In this document: positions 40,636-51,799 of the stretch, one piece after another | How the letters are laid out: every line of letters begins with the position of its first letter | Numbering within the stretch: position 1 is the first letter of the stretch | From: a bacterium | Lineage (GTDB): Bacteria > Margulisbacteria > Marinamargulisbacteria > JABGVJ01 | Direction: 5' to 3' | Length of the DNA stretch: 64,000 nucleotides | NCBI GenBank assembly: GCA_018646105.1 | Contig: JABGVJ010000109.1 | Coordinates: 5,123-69,122 of the forward strand | Notes under the pieces: generated by a model | What the model saw: the letters and a program-made list of their open reading frames with translations, nothing else | The model's database searches: none | What the model was told of the DNA's origin: nothing | Translations under genes and position numbers: made by a program

Positions 40636-41151
40636 ATGGTTCAGGAAGGAAATTTGACGCTAATGCAGAATTTTAAAATTAATTTAAAAAAAGAAACTTT
40701 TAATTTTGCCGCTGCTCATCTCATTACCTACGGAGCTAAAACCTGTGAAAAACTGCATGGTCACAATTATCGAGTCAGCGTAATGCTGACCGGGGAGTTG
40801 GACCCGGAAAATGGGTATGTTTACGATTTTGTATTTATAAAACCAATCATTAAAAAAATTGTAGATAAATTAGATCATTGTGTACTTTTGGCCCAGTACA
40901 ATAAATTTCTAAAAATCAAAGAAGAAAAAGGACAAATCAAACTTTTTTATAAGTCTAAAGAATATTTTTTTCCTCGCTCTGATGTGGTTTTATTACCGAT
41001 AGAAAATACTACCGTAGAACTTTTGGCTCAATATATTAATACCCAATTATATCAGGAACTACAAGTTTCGAAGCACGGTCAAATCACGGTTCTTGAAATA
41101 GAAGTAGAGGAATCCTTTGGCCAATCCGCCTCTTTTCGCAAGGAATATTAA
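40636..41151 (+). CDS. queD: 6-carboxytetrahydropterin synthase QueD / 6-pyruvoyl-tetrahydropterin synthase
   Basis: CEKLHGHNY motif, ~160 aa; probable start ATG 40666. Confidence 0.75.
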   Translation: MVQEGNLTLMQNFKINLKKETFNFAAAHLITYGAKTCEKLHGHNYRVSVMLTGELDPENGYVYDFVFIKPIIKKIVDKLDHCVLLAQYNKFLKIKEEKGQIKLFYKSKEYFFPRSDVVLLPIENTTVELLAQYINTQLYQELQVSKHGQITVLEIEVEESFGQSASFRKEY

Positions 41152-41207
41152 AGGGATCTAGCTGGCGGTATAACTCCATTACCTAGAAATAAAAAAAGCG
41201 ATTAATC

Positions 41208-42101
41208 CTAGCGAGAGCAATCTTTTATCATTTGGGTCATCCTCAAATTCAGAGGGGTGACCACGCCAACCTCTTTACCTAGCTCTACAATCTTACCATT
41301 CAGAAAATCAATTTCTGTTTGCTTGCCTTTTCGCATATCCTGCAACATAGAATTTGTGTTTTTTGCGGTATTTTCCACTACCGCGATAGCTTGTTCTAGC
41401 ATATCATCCGGTACTTTAAGACCTTTAGCTTTCCCTACGTTGACAGCCTCGTCTATTAATTTTATAAACATAGTTTTTAATTTTGTTTGTTTAATTACTT
41501 CCCCATTTTTAACTCCAGCAATAGTAGCTAAAGCATTAATTCCGACATTGATAATAAGTTTTTGAAAAATATCCTCTTTAATCTGATCAGAAACCTTGGT
41601 TTTCAAACCTGCTTTTTTGAATACTTTTTGTATTTTAAAAACAAATTCATCATTAACGGCATTATAATTACCGATAGTGGTTAACCCAGCCGCGTGATAA
41701 ACAATATGCCCGACCTTCGTATATGTCACGCCATTACTAGTAACTCCACCCACTACATGTTTGCTATATTGAGCTATAATTTCCTCATTACCCAAACCAT
41801 TTTGGATACTCAGAATACGGGTCTCTGGCTTTAGTATAGGCGCTATTTGTTCCATAGCTTTTTGAGTATCATAAGCTTTTGTGGCCAGGATAATAAGGTC
41901 TATATCTTTGACTTGTTCAAGGTTCGTATATGCGGGTATTTTGAGAGTGTCTTGGATTACCCCTTCCATACGCAACCCATATGCATTTATCGCCGCTACA
42001 TGTTCAGAACGACCGACCAAAACCGTATTGAAATCAGCTTTTACCAATAACCCGGCAAATAAAGAGCCTATCGCCCCTGCCCCAAAAACCAAGATTTTCA
42101 T
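41208..42101 (-). CDS. panE: 2-dehydropantoate 2-reductase
   Basis: MKILVFGAGAIGSLFAG Rossmann; ApbA/PanE length and C-terminal domain. Confidence 0.75.
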   Translation of the reverse strand: MKILVFGAGAIGSLFAGLLVKADFNTVLVGRSEHVAAINAYGLRMEGVIQDTLKIPAYTNLEQVKDIDLIILATKAYDTQKAMEQIAPILKPETRILSIQNGLGNEEIIAQYSKHVVGGVTSNGVTYTKVGHIVYHAAGLTTIGNYNAVNDEFVFKIQKVFKKAGLKTKVSDQIKEDIFQKLIINVGINALATIAGVKNGEVIKQTKLKTMFIKLIDEAVNVGKAKGLKVPDDMLEQAIAVVENTAKNTNSMLQDMRKGKQTEIDFLNGKIVELGKEVGVVTPLNLRMTQMIKDCSR

Positions 42102-42189
42102 TTTTTTTCTCCAGGATAATATTCTTTAGCCTGAGTTTTTTTTAACATGGACCTTTGTTTTTGTCTACTGGTCAGAGCATTCAGGTTTA

Positions 42190-42310
42190 GGGCGTATCTT
42201 TAAACCCCAATCTAAAGGCTATCTACAAATTTAAGGGAATAATGCCTTAATTCCCCCTCTACACTTGTGGAGAGGGGGTTAGGGGGTGAGGCCTAAAAAA
42301 TCGATACCGC
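42190..42310. repeat. GC-rich MITE/REP-like intergenic element, copy B (inverted relative to copy A)
   Basis: ccccctctacacttgtggagaggggg hairpin, ggtgaggcctaa, tcgat blocks matching reverse complement of 11044-11127. Confidence 0.55.
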
Positions 42311-42380
42311 AGAGAGCGGCTGTTTTGTTAAAGAATTCTGTTATAATAAAAAATATAAATTTCTAAAAAGGAGCGTCACT

Positions 42381-42866
42381 ATGTATATACTTATCTTTAC
42401 AGCCTTAACCATCCTTTTCTCGCTTGGTCATATTTTACTCAAAAAAACACCTAAACCTCAAATGCCTTTGATTATTTTAATGTATTTATTAGTTTTTATG
42501 GCTGGCTTTAGCAGTTTTTATGCTGGTTTGGGGCATTTGTTTCGTAGTGATTATGTAGCGCATTATATTGGGTGGCCAGCGGGCAACTTGTTTCAGTGGG
42601 AAATAGCTTATGCCAATTTTGCTTTGGGGTTGCTAGGAGTCTTGTGTTTTTGGTTTAGGGATCGGTTTATGCTGGCCACTAGTCTTGCTTATACTGTTTT
42701 TTTGTTTGGGGCTGCACATACGCACCTTTATGATATTTTTGCCCGCGGAAATTATGCGCCCGGGAATGCGGGTATAGTTTTATATGCCGATATTTTAATC
42801 CCTATTATTATTATCAGTTTATTAATCCTAAATAAGATTTCAACTAAAAAATACACGAAAGAGTAA
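42381..42866 (+). CDS. Hypothetical integral membrane protein (4-5 TM)
   Basis: Hydrophobic segments; AAGGAG SD. Confidence 0.5.
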   Translation: MYILIFTALTILFSLGHILLKKTPKPQMPLIILMYLLVFMAGFSSFYAGLGHLFRSDYVAHYIGWPAGNLFQWEIAYANFALGLLGVLCFWFRDRFMLATSLAYTVFLFGAAHTHLYDIFARGNYAPGNAGIVLYADILIPIIIISLLILNKISTKKYTKE

Positions 42867-42879
42867 TTATTTTAATCAT

Positions 42880-43560
42880 ATGCAAAATTTAGGTATTATA
42901 GCTGCCCTAAAAGATGAAGTGAAAAATATTTTGGAAAACCCATTTTTTAATTGGCAGGAGATTAAACCCAATGTTTTTCATTCACTGCAATATAAACTTT
43001 ATCTAGTCATCACAGGTGTTGGTAAAGCAAATGCGGTTTATGGCCTTTCCAAAATAATTGATAAAGTCCCTAGAATATTTATATTGGGTACTTCTGGCGG
43101 TTTGAATGCTGAAAAGATCGGCGCCCTTTATTTATCCCTAGAATTTGTAGAGCATGATATGGACGCTTCTGGCCTGGGTTTCCCTAAAGGGGTAACTCCT
43201 TTTGATGACATAAAAGATGTAGTCATAAGTAATTATTCCCGCCAAACCGTAACGCAAATAAAAAATATTTGTCAGAAATTAAACTTGGCGCTGAATTTTG
43301 GTCGGACGATTAGTGGTGATCAATTTTTGGCCAATCCTGTTCTTTCCACGCAAAAAAGAACGGCTTTCGAAGCACAATTGGTTGATATGGAGTCCGCAGC
43401 CATTGCCAAAATTTGTAAAAAAGAAGGTAAAAAAGTTCTAGCGTTACGCTATATCGCGGATAATGCCAACCATGATTCGTGTATCAGCTGGACTGAAAAT
43501 GTCCAGACCTCTTCTGAAATTTTTAATCAAATCCTAGAAGGATTGTGCGTTAAATCATGA
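42880..43560 (+). CDS. mtnN: 5'-methylthioadenosine/S-adenosylhomocysteine nucleosidase
   Basis: PNP_UDP_1 fold motifs (GIIAALKDE..., GVGKANAV, SGDQF, ESAAIAK). Confidence 0.75.
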   Translation: MQNLGIIAALKDEVKNILENPFFNWQEIKPNVFHSLQYKLYLVITGVGKANAVYGLSKIIDKVPRIFILGTSGGLNAEKIGALYLSLEFVEHDMDASGLGFPKGVTPFDDIKDVVISNYSRQTVTQIKNICQKLNLALNFGRTISGDQFLANPVLSTQKRTAFEAQLVDMESAAIAKICKKEGKKVLALRYIADNANHDSCISWTENVQTSSEIFNQILEGLCVKS

Positions 43561-44057
43561 AAAACGCCACCTATTGGATTGAAAAATTAGGTCTGCAAAA
43601 ACATCCGGAAGGCGGGTATTACAAAGAAATATATAAATCCAAAGAATTTATCGCTAAAAACGCCTTGCCCGCACGCTTTTCAGGAAAGCGCGCTTTTTCC
43701 ACCAGTATTTACTTTTTATTAAATAAAAAAGAGGTCTCCGCCTTTCATCGTATCAAGCAAGATGAAATATGGCATTTTTATGCCGGGTCTTCTTTAACTA
43801 TTCATATCATAGATCAGCAAGGCAAATATTCTATCGCTCAACTTGGCAGACATTTTGAAAAAGGCGCGTCATTTCAAGTCGTGATTCCTGCCGGCAGTTA
43901 CTTTGCTGCCGCGGTCCATAATCCAGCTTCTTATTCCTTAATGGGCTGCACCGTAGCTCCTGGTTTTGATTTTGCGGATTTTGAAATGCCGTCTCAATCT
44001 AAATTACTCAAATTATTTCCGCAACATGCGGCTCTTATCAAACGATTTTCCCATTAA
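43557..44057 (+). CDS. Cupin (DUF985 / cupin_5) family protein
   Basis: N-terminal WIEKLGLQKHPEGGYYKE signature. Confidence 0.7.
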   Translation: MKNATYWIEKLGLQKHPEGGYYKEIYKSKEFIAKNALPARFSGKRAFSTSIYFLLNKKEVSAFHRIKQDEIWHFYAGSSLTIHIIDQQGKYSIAQLGRHFEKGASFQVVIPAGSYFAAAVHNPASYSLMGCTVAPGFDFADFEMPSQSKLLKLFPQHAALIKRFSH

Positions 44058-44199
44058 ACACCTGAAAACTTTTTTTAGGGAAACCAAGTTCATTAGCTAT
44101 GTGCACTTACAAAGAGCATTGATACGAGAGCCTATTGGCTAAAATCCAAAAAAATAATGTGCTCCAAAAAAAATAAAGTGAAATTTTTTTTAAAACAAA

Positions 44200-44219
44200 G
44201 CCGATAATTAATTAGATCT
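44200..44219 (+). promoter_or_regulatory. Copy 7 of recurring upstream element (gCCGATAATTAATTAGATCT)
   Basis: ~35 nt upstream of TTG start of 44254 ORF. Confidence 0.4.
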
Positions 44220-44253
44220 AGTAATTTTATTAAAAAAAAAGGGGTGGGGCATA

Positions 44254-45528
44254 TTGGCACGTGTACAACACGGAAAGATAACACATTATTCACAAGGTCA
44301 ACTAAGGCGGGCTCCTAGCCCCACTGATACAATAAGGACCAGAACTCTTACTACGGCAGTAGATGAACCGGAATTCCCGAAAACAAATGCATTAATCGAT
44401 CAACTAAAAGACGTAGGCAAAACCGCCCAAAAAGAATTTGAGACATTATTTAAAACATTAAAGGATTGCAAAATAGAAATTGGGTGGGTATTAAAAAATC
44501 CAGAAGAAGCCAAAAAACGCTGTTTACGCAAAAGAACCTCTTTTCAAGATCAACTCAACAGTATGAAGGGCCAAATTAAACATTTAGAGCTGAGCCTAGC
44601 CTCTGATCAACGTCTAAAAATTGAACGTGGTTTTTTTAATGCTCGTAATATAACTCTAGCGACAATAGATCTTGATTTAAAAGACTGGTATAACCAAGAA
44701 TATGAAAAATATGAAAAAGAATTTAAAGAGGCATCAAAAAATGTTAGAGCCTGCATTAAAGAGCTACAAAAAGACACCCTGAATCCCAAGAGAGATATGC
44801 TCCGCGCAACACTCAGGGTTAAATATAGTGGGCATTCGGGCAGGGCCCTATTTATAAAAGATCGACAAGATAAGGTAAAAAAAACTTTCGCGTATTGTCT
44901 AGAGCCGTATGACGAAAATATTGGAGTCTCCCTAAAAAGAGAAGCGGAAAAAATATTAACGGCAAGCTTACAAGAAAGAATAAAACTAAAAAAAAGACAA
45001 AAAAAAAGACAAAAATCACCCCCCAAAACGTTCCCTGGTTTAGACAGGGCCATAAGTAGCGCTATATGGCAACGAACTTCAGATCTAGCTTCAAAGTTTA
45101 TTGCTTCCCTAAACCCGTCATCACATCTGCGCCAATTCAGTTTAAATCGTACTCAACGAGACCAATTGACATTGTCCCATAAATCCCTTCAACTATCTGC
45201 TCTTTTAGGGGGTCTTAGGGAGGATCTGGACAAGGCCTTAGACAATGCCTTAGCAGAGTTATCCGCTCAACAAGATCTTTTTCATGGCCCAGGATTTAGA
45301 CAAAAACGAAAAGATTTTCCCAGATGGACTGACGAAGAATGGGCCGAGGTAAGAGCACGTAAAGAAGAACATGATAAAGCCCGTAAACAAAAATATGAGG
45401 CGGCACAAAGAGCTAGCCTTAAGATAGAAACTGTCGCAGCCACAAAACCCCCTGCGCCACAGGTTGGAAAGCCCACCGACGCGGTGTCGTTTAGACAGAT
45501 AGCGGTGATAGTGCCGTCCGGGGCATAA
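44254..45528 (+). CDS. K/R/E-rich coiled-coil hypothetical protein with NLS-like KKRQKKRQK stretch (effector candidate)
   Basis: TTG start with AGGGGTGGGG SD; ~40% GC; low complexity, no catalytic motif. Confidence 0.45.
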   Translation: MARVQHGKITHYSQGQLRRAPSPTDTIRTRTLTTAVDEPEFPKTNALIDQLKDVGKTAQKEFETLFKTLKDCKIEIGWVLKNPEEAKKRCLRKRTSFQDQLNSMKGQIKHLELSLASDQRLKIERGFFNARNITLATIDLDLKDWYNQEYEKYEKEFKEASKNVRACIKELQKDTLNPKRDMLRATLRVKYSGHSGRALFIKDRQDKVKKTFAYCLEPYDENIGVSLKREAEKILTASLQERIKLKKRQKKRQKSPPKTFPGLDRAISSAIWQRTSDLASKFIASLNPSSHLRQFSLNRTQRDQLTLSHKSLQLSALLGGLREDLDKALDNALAELSAQQDLFHGPGFRQKRKDFPRWTDEEWAEVRARKEEHDKARKQKYEAAQRASLKIETVAATKPPAPQVGKPTDAVSFRQIAVIVPSGA

Positions 45529-45644
45529 CGCCCTCAAAACCGCCGTGGTAATTACTCTTCACCGCCAAAAGCCAGGGCTTGAATTCTAATCACTTCTATG
45601 TTAATTTATTATTTACTTCAAACAGAGTAATCGGTTGAAACAGA

Positions 45645-45672
45645 AAGTGGGATTTTCCCACTTTTTTCTTTT
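45645..45672 (+). terminator. Rho-independent terminator (aagtggga ttt tcccactt + T-run)
   Basis: 8-bp stem, 3-nt loop, followed by ttttttcttttc. Confidence 0.6.
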
Positions 45673-45711
45673 CAGGCGAAGAAAAAAAAACATATAAACA
45701 GAGGGAATAAG

Positions 45712-46893
45712 ATGATATTAATAGATAATTTTGCTCAAGTTGCCGCTCAAATCGAAACTGAGCGCGGCATTTCTAAAGAGGAAATACAAGAAGCTATTGA
45801 GTTAGCCTTGGTTTCGGCCTGTCGTAAAAAATTTCCAGAATCGGCCATCTTAGTTGCTGAGCTAGACAACAACAGCGGCGAAGTAAAAATCTATCAAAAA
45901 AAGACTGCTGTAAAAAAAGTAGAAGATGAAGCTATCGAACTATTAACCAAAGAAGCAAAAAAACTTGACCCGGCAGCTAAACTAGGGACAGAAATAAAAA
46001 TAGAAGTAACCCCTTCAAATTTTGGACGCATTGCCGCACAAACGGCGAAACAAGTTATTATTCAAAGAATAAGAGAAGCCGAAAAAAATAATATTTTTGA
46101 AGAATTCCAAAAAAAGATTGGGCAAATTATTGTAGGGTCTGTGCAAAGAATTGAAAACAATAATTATCTTATTAATTTAGGTCGAATTGAAGCCTTGTTA
46201 AGATATAAAGATCAAATACCGGAAGAAACTTATCGTGCTAAAGATAAAATAAGAGTATTTATTTCTGATATTATAAAAACGCCACGCGGCCCGATGGTCC
46301 AAATTTCTAGAACTCATCCAAATTTTCTTAAAAAATTAATGGAATTAGAAGTTCCTGAAATCACAGAAGGACTAATTGAAATCATCAAAATAGCGCGTGA
46401 GCCAGGAAAAAGAGCTAAAATCGCGGTTAAAAGTAATCATGCTTCAATAAGCGCGGTTGGTACTTGCGTAGGCCCTATGGGAGGACGCATCCAATCTGTA
46501 ATTAGAGAACTTCATAATGAGAAAATAGATGTGATTGAATGGGATGATAATCCAGCTACTTTTATTGCCAGTTCTCTTAAACCAGCGATTATTCAACAAG
46601 TCGTCGTCACTAATGAGGACGAAAAAGAGGCTATTGTAGTAGTAAAAAAAGATCAATTATCTTTAGCCATTGGAAAGCATGGCATTAATATAAGATTAGC
46701 GGTAAAATTAAGTGGCTGGAAATTGGAAATTATTGATGCGGAAGAATTTGCGGATAAAAAAACGGAGATATCTTCAAAAACACCTATTTCGTTTGCGGAT
46801 AAAATAAAAAAATCAAAAGAAGAAGAAAAAGAAGCGGAGGCAGAAGAAGCTGCCGCAGAAGAAGCGGTTGCAGAAGAAGCTCAGTCTGATTAG
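45712..46893 (+). CDS. nusA: Transcription termination/antitermination factor NusA (with acidic C-terminal tail)
   Basis: S1/KH architecture, conserved N-terminus, C-terminal EEAEAEEAAAEEAVAEEA. Confidence 0.9.
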   Translation: MILIDNFAQVAAQIETERGISKEEIQEAIELALVSACRKKFPESAILVAELDNNSGEVKIYQKKTAVKKVEDEAIELLTKEAKKLDPAAKLGTEIKIEVTPSNFGRIAAQTAKQVIIQRIREAEKNNIFEEFQKKIGQIIVGSVQRIENNNYLINLGRIEALLRYKDQIPEETYRAKDKIRVFISDIIKTPRGPMVQISRTHPNFLKKLMELEVPEITEGLIEIIKIAREPGKRAKIAVKSNHASISAVGTCVGPMGGRIQSVIRELHNEKIDVIEWDDNPATFIASSLKPAIIQQVVVTNEDEKEAIVVVKKDQLSLAIGKHGINIRLAVKLSGWKLEIIDAEEFADKKTEISSKTPISFADKIKKSKEEEKEAEAEEAAAEEAVAEEAQSD

Positions 46894-46916
46894 TATACTA
46901 AAAGGAGAGTTTAAGA

Positions 46917-48899
46917 TTGAAAGTATTAGAATTAGCTAAAAAATTAAGAATCCCGGTACAAGAATTAATATTATTCTTAAAAGATGTTGATGTAAAAGTA
47001 AAATCCCCAACCAGTAAGCTAGATGACAAAACAGTCTCAACCGTCAAAGAGCTATGGGCTGACAATAGAGCAGAAAAAGCAGAAAAAGCAGCGGCAGAAA
47101 AAGCGGAAAAAGACCAAAACAATGAACAGAAAGAAGTCCAGCTTAATGAACCCACGATTACCGTAGCTAAATTAGCTCAACTTCTAGACCTAAAACTAGC
47201 TCAAGTAATGAAAATCTTTCTACAAAAAGGTTTGTTAGTAAATCTTAATTCGGAGATTGATTCTGAAACAGCTATTTTAATAGCTAAAGAAGCTGACATA
47301 AACTTAAAATTCGAAAAAAAAGAAAAAAATGATCAAAAAATAAAAAATCACTTAACTAAAATCGAAGAGGCGGAGTTAGAAGACAATCTTGACGAATTAG
47401 AAGCCCGCCCTCCATTAGTAACTATTATGGGACATGTGGATCACGGGAAAACTTTGCTGTTAGACGCGATTCGTCAAACTAATGTTGTAGCTAAAGAAGC
47501 TGGCGGCATAACTCAGCATATTGGGGCGTATCAAGTAAAAATCAAAAAACGCAAAATAACTTTTTTGGACACACCTGGTCATGAAGCTTTTACGGCGTTA
47601 AGACTGCGAGGGGCCCAAGTTACGGATATTGCCATTTTGGTAGTGGCTGCTGATGAAGGTATCAAACCGCAAACCGTAGAAGCTCTAAACCATGCTAAAG
47701 CAGCTAAGATCCCTATTATTGTAGCTATTAACAAGATAGATCGTCCAGAAGCCAATATTGATCAGTGTAAACAACAACTGGCACAATATGATTTACTCGC
47801 AGAAGACTGGGGAGGTAAAACCGTAATGGTTCCGGTCTCCGCTAAAACCAAAGTCGGGATTGATGACTTATTAGAAATGATTTTAATTGTAGCTGACATG
47901 CTAGAATTAAAAGCAAATAAAAAATGTCCGGCACAAGGCATAATTATTGAATCTCGTCTTTCAAAACAAAAAGGTCCTGTAGCAACACTCCTTGTTAAAA
48001 CAGGAACCTTGAAAACAGGAGATTGTTTTATCATCGGCACCAAAATAGGTAAAGTCCGAGCCTTATTCAATGATTTGGGTAAGCCTATCAAATCTGCAGA
48101 ACCTGGTATGCCTGTAGAAATACTGGGTATTGATGGAGTTCCCGAACCCGGAGAAATGCTGAAAGTTTATATCTCTGAAAAAGCGGCACGTGAGGCGGCT
48201 GAAAAAAAATTAAGTGTGGCTAAAGCTAGCAAAAAATTGTCTTCAGTTTCATTGGAAACCCTATCAAAACAGATAGAAGAAGGCGATATTAAAAATCTAA
48301 ATTTAATTATTAAAGCAGATGTTAATGGTTCTTTGGATGCAATTATTGCTTCTATTAAACAAATACCTGCTGAAGAAGTAAATATCAATATTTTACATGC
48401 GGCGACAGGCGGAATTAATGAAAATGATATTATGTTAGCCAAAGCCTCGCAAGCGTTAGTACTAGGATTTGGCATAAAGGCCAGTTTGCCTGCGCAAAAA
48501 ATAGCAGAAGAAGAAAACATTACGATTAAAACTTATAAAATAATATACAAAATTATTGAAGATGTTGAAAAAGTAGTAAAAGGTATGTTCAAAATAGAAT
48601 ATGAAATCGTAGAAATCGGAAAAGCCGAAATCAGACAATTATTTCATTATTCGAAAGTCGGACAAATAGCGGGTTCTTATATCACAGAAGGTAAATTAAT
48701 ACGTAACTTTATGGTTAAAATCTTAAGAGATGGAAAAGAAATCGGGGAAACAAAAATTGATTCTTTAAAACGTTTCAAAGAAGATATACGCGAAGTAGCC
48801 AACGGATTTGAGTGTGGCGTAGTCCTAGAAAAATCGGACATTTTAAAAGAGGGAGATATTATAGTATGTTTGGAAAAACGACAAAAAAATATCCTCTAG
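46917..48899 (+). CDS. infB: Translation initiation factor IF-2
   Basis: [25 protein letters not shown]-domain motifs; TTG start with AAAGGAGAG SD. Confidence 0.9.
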   Translation: MKVLELAKKLRIPVQELILFLKDVDVKVKSPTSKLDDKTVSTVKELWADNRAEKAEKAAAEKAEKDQNNEQKEVQLNEPTITVAKLAQLLDLKLAQVMKIFLQKGLLVNLNSEIDSETAILIAKEADINLKFEKKEKNDQKIKNHLTKIEEAELEDNLDELEARPPLVTIMGHVDHGKTLLLDAIRQTNVVAKEAGGITQHIGAYQVKIKKRKITFLDTPGHEAFTALRLRGAQVTDIAILVVAADEGIKPQTVEALNHAKAAKIPIIVAINKIDRPEANIDQCKQQLAQYDLLAEDWGGKTVMVPVSAKTKVGIDDLLEMILIVADMLELKANKKCPAQGIIIESRLSKQKGPVATLLVKTGTLKTGDCFIIGTKIGKVRALFNDLGKPIKSAEPGMPVEILGIDGVPEPGEMLKVYISEKAAREAAEKKLSVAKASKKLSSVSLETLSKQIEEGDIKNLNLIIKADVNGSLDAIIASIKQIPAEEVNINILHAATGGINENDIMLAKASQALVLGFGIKASLPAQKIAEEENITIKTYKIIYKIIEDVEKVVKGMFKIEYEIVEIGKAEIRQLFHYSKVGQIAGSYITEGKLIRNFMVKILRDGKEIGETKIDSLKRFKEDIREVANGFECGVVLEKSDILKEGDIIVCLEKRQKNIL

Positions 48900-48942
48900 T
48901 CATCTCTAATACCGACCGTTCCTCTCTGAAAGTGTAAAAAAT

Positions 48943-49293
48943 ATGTCTAGAAAAGACCGCGTAGAATCTTTACTAAAAAACGAAATCGCCAAAATCGTAC
49001 AAACCAAATTAACTAATAATGAAAAAATTGGTTTTATTAGTATCACGCGGGTTGAATTAAACTCTGATCTTTCTTTAGCAAAAGTATTTTATAGTCAAAT
49101 AGGAAATGAGCAAGCAAAACAGGACACAATAAAAGCTTTAATGAAGACTACAAAATTCGTAAAATATGAAATAGGAAAAAACTTACGTTTAAAAAGAATC
49201 CCGAACATCCGATTTCTTTTTGACGAGAATCTAGAGAAAAGTTTTGAAGTTATTAATACTTTAAATAGGTTAAATGAAGAACAAAACAATTAA
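48943..49293 (+). CDS. rbfA: Ribosome-binding factor A
   Basis: 116 aa, conserved position after infB. Confidence 0.85.
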   Translation: MSRKDRVESLLKNEIAKIVQTKLTNNEKIGFISITRVELNSDLSLAKVFYSQIGNEQAKQDTIKALMKTTKFVKYEIGKNLRLKRIPNIRFLFDENLEKSFEVINTLNRLNEEQNN

Positions 49294-50221
49294 TTTAAAG
49301 CAAATTTTAAAAAACAAAAACACCAAGTTTTTGATCACAACACATGAAGACCCTGACTTTGATGGAGTAGGGTCTGCTTTAGCTTTAGCTATTCAATTAA
49401 ATTTTTTGGGATTTGAAACTAAAGTATGGCTTGTTGACGCTCTAATAGAAAATTTTGATTTTTTACCTACCCGTTCTCATATTTATCGTGAAATCCCAGA
49501 AAATTTTGATTATGATGTCTTGATGGTAGTAGATGCTTCGGATATTACACGTGTTAAAAAGCATGCATTATTAGCTAAAAATAAATTAATCATTAATATA
49601 GACCATCATGGGGATAATAGTAATTTTGGCAAAATTAATATTGTACAAAAAGACACATCCTCTACCGGTGAGATCATATACGAACTTTTCAGACAAATGG
49701 AATGGAAAATAACTAAAGACATCGCTATTAATCTTTATACTGCTATTTGTTTTGATACGGGACAGTTTAAATATAGTAATGTTACAGCATTAACCTTTTT
49801 AGCTGCTGCTGATTTAGTTACTAAAGGAGCAGCCCCTGACTATATCTCACAAAAAATATTTGAAAATAATTCTTTAGAGTTATTTGATATCTTAAAAAAA
49901 GCTTTAGACAACCTTAAAATTAACTCTAAATTAAAGTACGTATATTCTACCTTACCGGAATGTTCTGCACAAAACAGCCATGAGGTTTTAAACTTTATCC
50001 GATCTTTAAAAGAGGCGGAAATAATCTTGCTTTTCAAACTTAATGAAGAGGGTGAGATTAAAATTAATTTAAGATCTAAAAATGATTTTGATGTAGCTAA
50101 ATTCGCGGCCTTGTTTGGCGGCGGCGGGCATCGAAAAGCAGCTGGCATCAAAATAAAAGGCGAGTTGGAACATATAAAACAAACAGTTATCGCCAGGTTA
50201 AATGCAGAGCTTACAAAATAA
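49274..50221 (+). CDS. nrnA: DHH/DHHA1 phosphoesterase (NrnA-like oligoribonuclease/pAp phosphatase)
   Basis: DHH motif (NIDHHGDN) and DHHA1 GGGHRKAAG. Confidence 0.7.
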   Translation: MKNKTINLKQILKNKNTKFLITTHEDPDFDGVGSALALAIQLNFLGFETKVWLVDALIENFDFLPTRSHIYREIPENFDYDVLMVVDASDITRVKKHALLAKNKLIINIDHHGDNSNFGKINIVQKDTSSTGEIIYELFRQMEWKITKDIAINLYTAICFDTGQFKYSNVTALTFLAAADLVTKGAAPDYISQKIFENNSLELFDILKKALDNLKINSKLKYVYSTLPECSAQNSHEVLNFIRSLKEAEIILLFKLNEEGEIKINLRSKNDFDVAKFAALFGGGGHRKAAGIKIKGELEHIKQTVIARLNAELTK

Positions 50222-50918
50222 TCAAGCAGAGCCCGTAGCGGGCTTTCTTTTAGTAAGAAAACCCGTAGGCATAACTTCCTTTCAAATCGTCCGCAAATTA
50301 AGATATATTACTCAGGTAAAAAAAATCGGACACGCGGGCACTTTAGACCCCTTTGCTTCAGGTCTAGTTATACTGGCGATTGGCAAGCAATACACGCGCT
50401 TAATCACTAATTTTTTAAATGCTTCTAAAGAATATCGCGCCACCTTGGTTCTAGGGATTGAAACGGATAGCTATGATTGTGACGGTAAAAGCATACAAGC
50501 AGAAAAAAAGACTTGGGACATTTCTGAAATCGAACGAGCTGTACTCAGTTTTAAAGGAAACTATGCTCAAACACCTCCCGCTTTTTCCGCCAAAAAAATT
50601 AAGGGAAAAAAAGCTTATGAACTAGCCAGAAAAGGGGAACCCGTGAAATTAAAACCACAACTGGTAACTATTTTTGAAATAGAAATTAAAAGAATTAATA
50701 ATAATATTCCTTATCCTGTAGTAGAATTCATAGTGAAGTGTGCCAAAGGTACTTATATAAGATCCTTAGCCAGAGATATCGGCGTAAAACTAGGATCCGT
50801 AGCTTATCTAAAAGATTTATGCCGTACAAAAATAGCAGATCATGCTTTAAAAGATGCTTTAGATTATAAGGATTTAAATATAGAATCTATAAAGAAAAAA
50901 ATATGGAATATAAAATAA
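50202..50918 (+). CDS. truB: tRNA pseudouridine(55) synthase
   Basis: GHAGTLDPFASGLV catalytic Asp motif. Confidence 0.85.
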   Translation: MQSLQNNQAEPVAGFLLVRKPVGITSFQIVRKLRYITQVKKIGHAGTLDPFASGLVILAIGKQYTRLITNFLNASKEYRATLVLGIETDSYDCDGKSIQAEKKTWDISEIERAVLSFKGNYAQTPPAFSAKKIKGKKAYELARKGEPVKLKPQLVTIFEIEIKRINNNIPYPVVEFIVKCAKGTYIRSLARDIGVKLGSVAYLKDLCRTKIADHALKDALDYKDLNIESIKKKIWNIK

Positions 50919-51799
50919 CGGGGTTACAAAACATAAAAAAAATTCCTAGCCTAGGTATAGGGGTATTTGATGGGCTGCATATAGGTCATCAACAAATAGC
51001 TAAAAGATGTACGCATCTCCTTTCTTTTTATCCGCATCCGGATATAGTCTTAAGTAAAAATAAAAAGCTAAAAATGTTAACTACGTTAAGAGAACTCAGG
51101 TTTCATAAAAAAAATCTTTTAGTAGTACATTTCTCAAAAAAAATAGCTAAACTACCGGCTGATCTTTTTTTAGAAAAAATTATCGGCGCCCTAAAACCAC
51201 AAAAAATAGTAGTAGGATATGATTTCAAATTTGGATTTAAAAAAGAAGGTGATTTTGAAACTTTGCAAAAATGGGCCTTGAAAAATAAAATCCAAGTAAA
51301 AAAAATTGAGCCTATAAAAGCTGGCCCGGAAATTGTTAAAAGTTCTAAAATAAGAACTTTAATTGAACATGACAACCTAAATAAGGCGATCACGTATTTA
51401 GGGCATCCTTATCTTATAATTGGTACTGTTATAAAAGGAGACGGACGTGGAAGCTCTATAGGTTTCCCTACCGCCAACATTCTTGTCCCGCCAAAAAAAT
51501 TAGTGCCCGCGCATGGCGTGTACAAAGGAAAGATACTTTATGGTAATCAGTATTTAAAAGCCATGATCTATATAGGTAAAAGAAGTACTTTCAACAAAAA
51601 AGACTGGACTTTAGAGGTGCATATTTTAGATTATCAAAAAAATATTTATGGGAAACAACTGAAAATATTTGTGGAAAAAAAATTAAGGGATGACCGTAAA
51701 TTCAATAATGCTGACGAACTTATCCGACAAATCAAACAAGACATCCGAAATGCGAAGTTTTCTAAAAAAACTATTCCGCAGCTCCCTTATCTTCAATAA
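50903..51799 (+). CDS. ribF: Bifunctional riboflavin kinase / FMN adenylyltransferase
   Basis: GVFDGLHIGHQ FAD synthetase motif; C-terminal riboflavin kinase (GDGRGSSIGFPTAN). Confidence 0.85.
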   Translation: MEYKITGLQNIKKIPSLGIGVFDGLHIGHQQIAKRCTHLLSFYPHPDIVLSKNKKLKMLTTLRELRFHKKNLLVVHFSKKIAKLPADLFLEKIIGALKPQKIVVGYDFKFGFKKEGDFETLQKWALKNKIQVKKIEPIKAGPEIVKSSKIRTLIEHDNLNKAITYLGHPYLIIGTVIKGDGRGSSIGFPTANILVPPKKLVPAHGVYKGKILYGNQYLKAMIYIGKRSTFNKKDWTLEVHILDYQKNIYGKQLKIFVEKKLRDDRKFNNADELIRQIKQDIRNAKFSKKTIPQLPYLQ

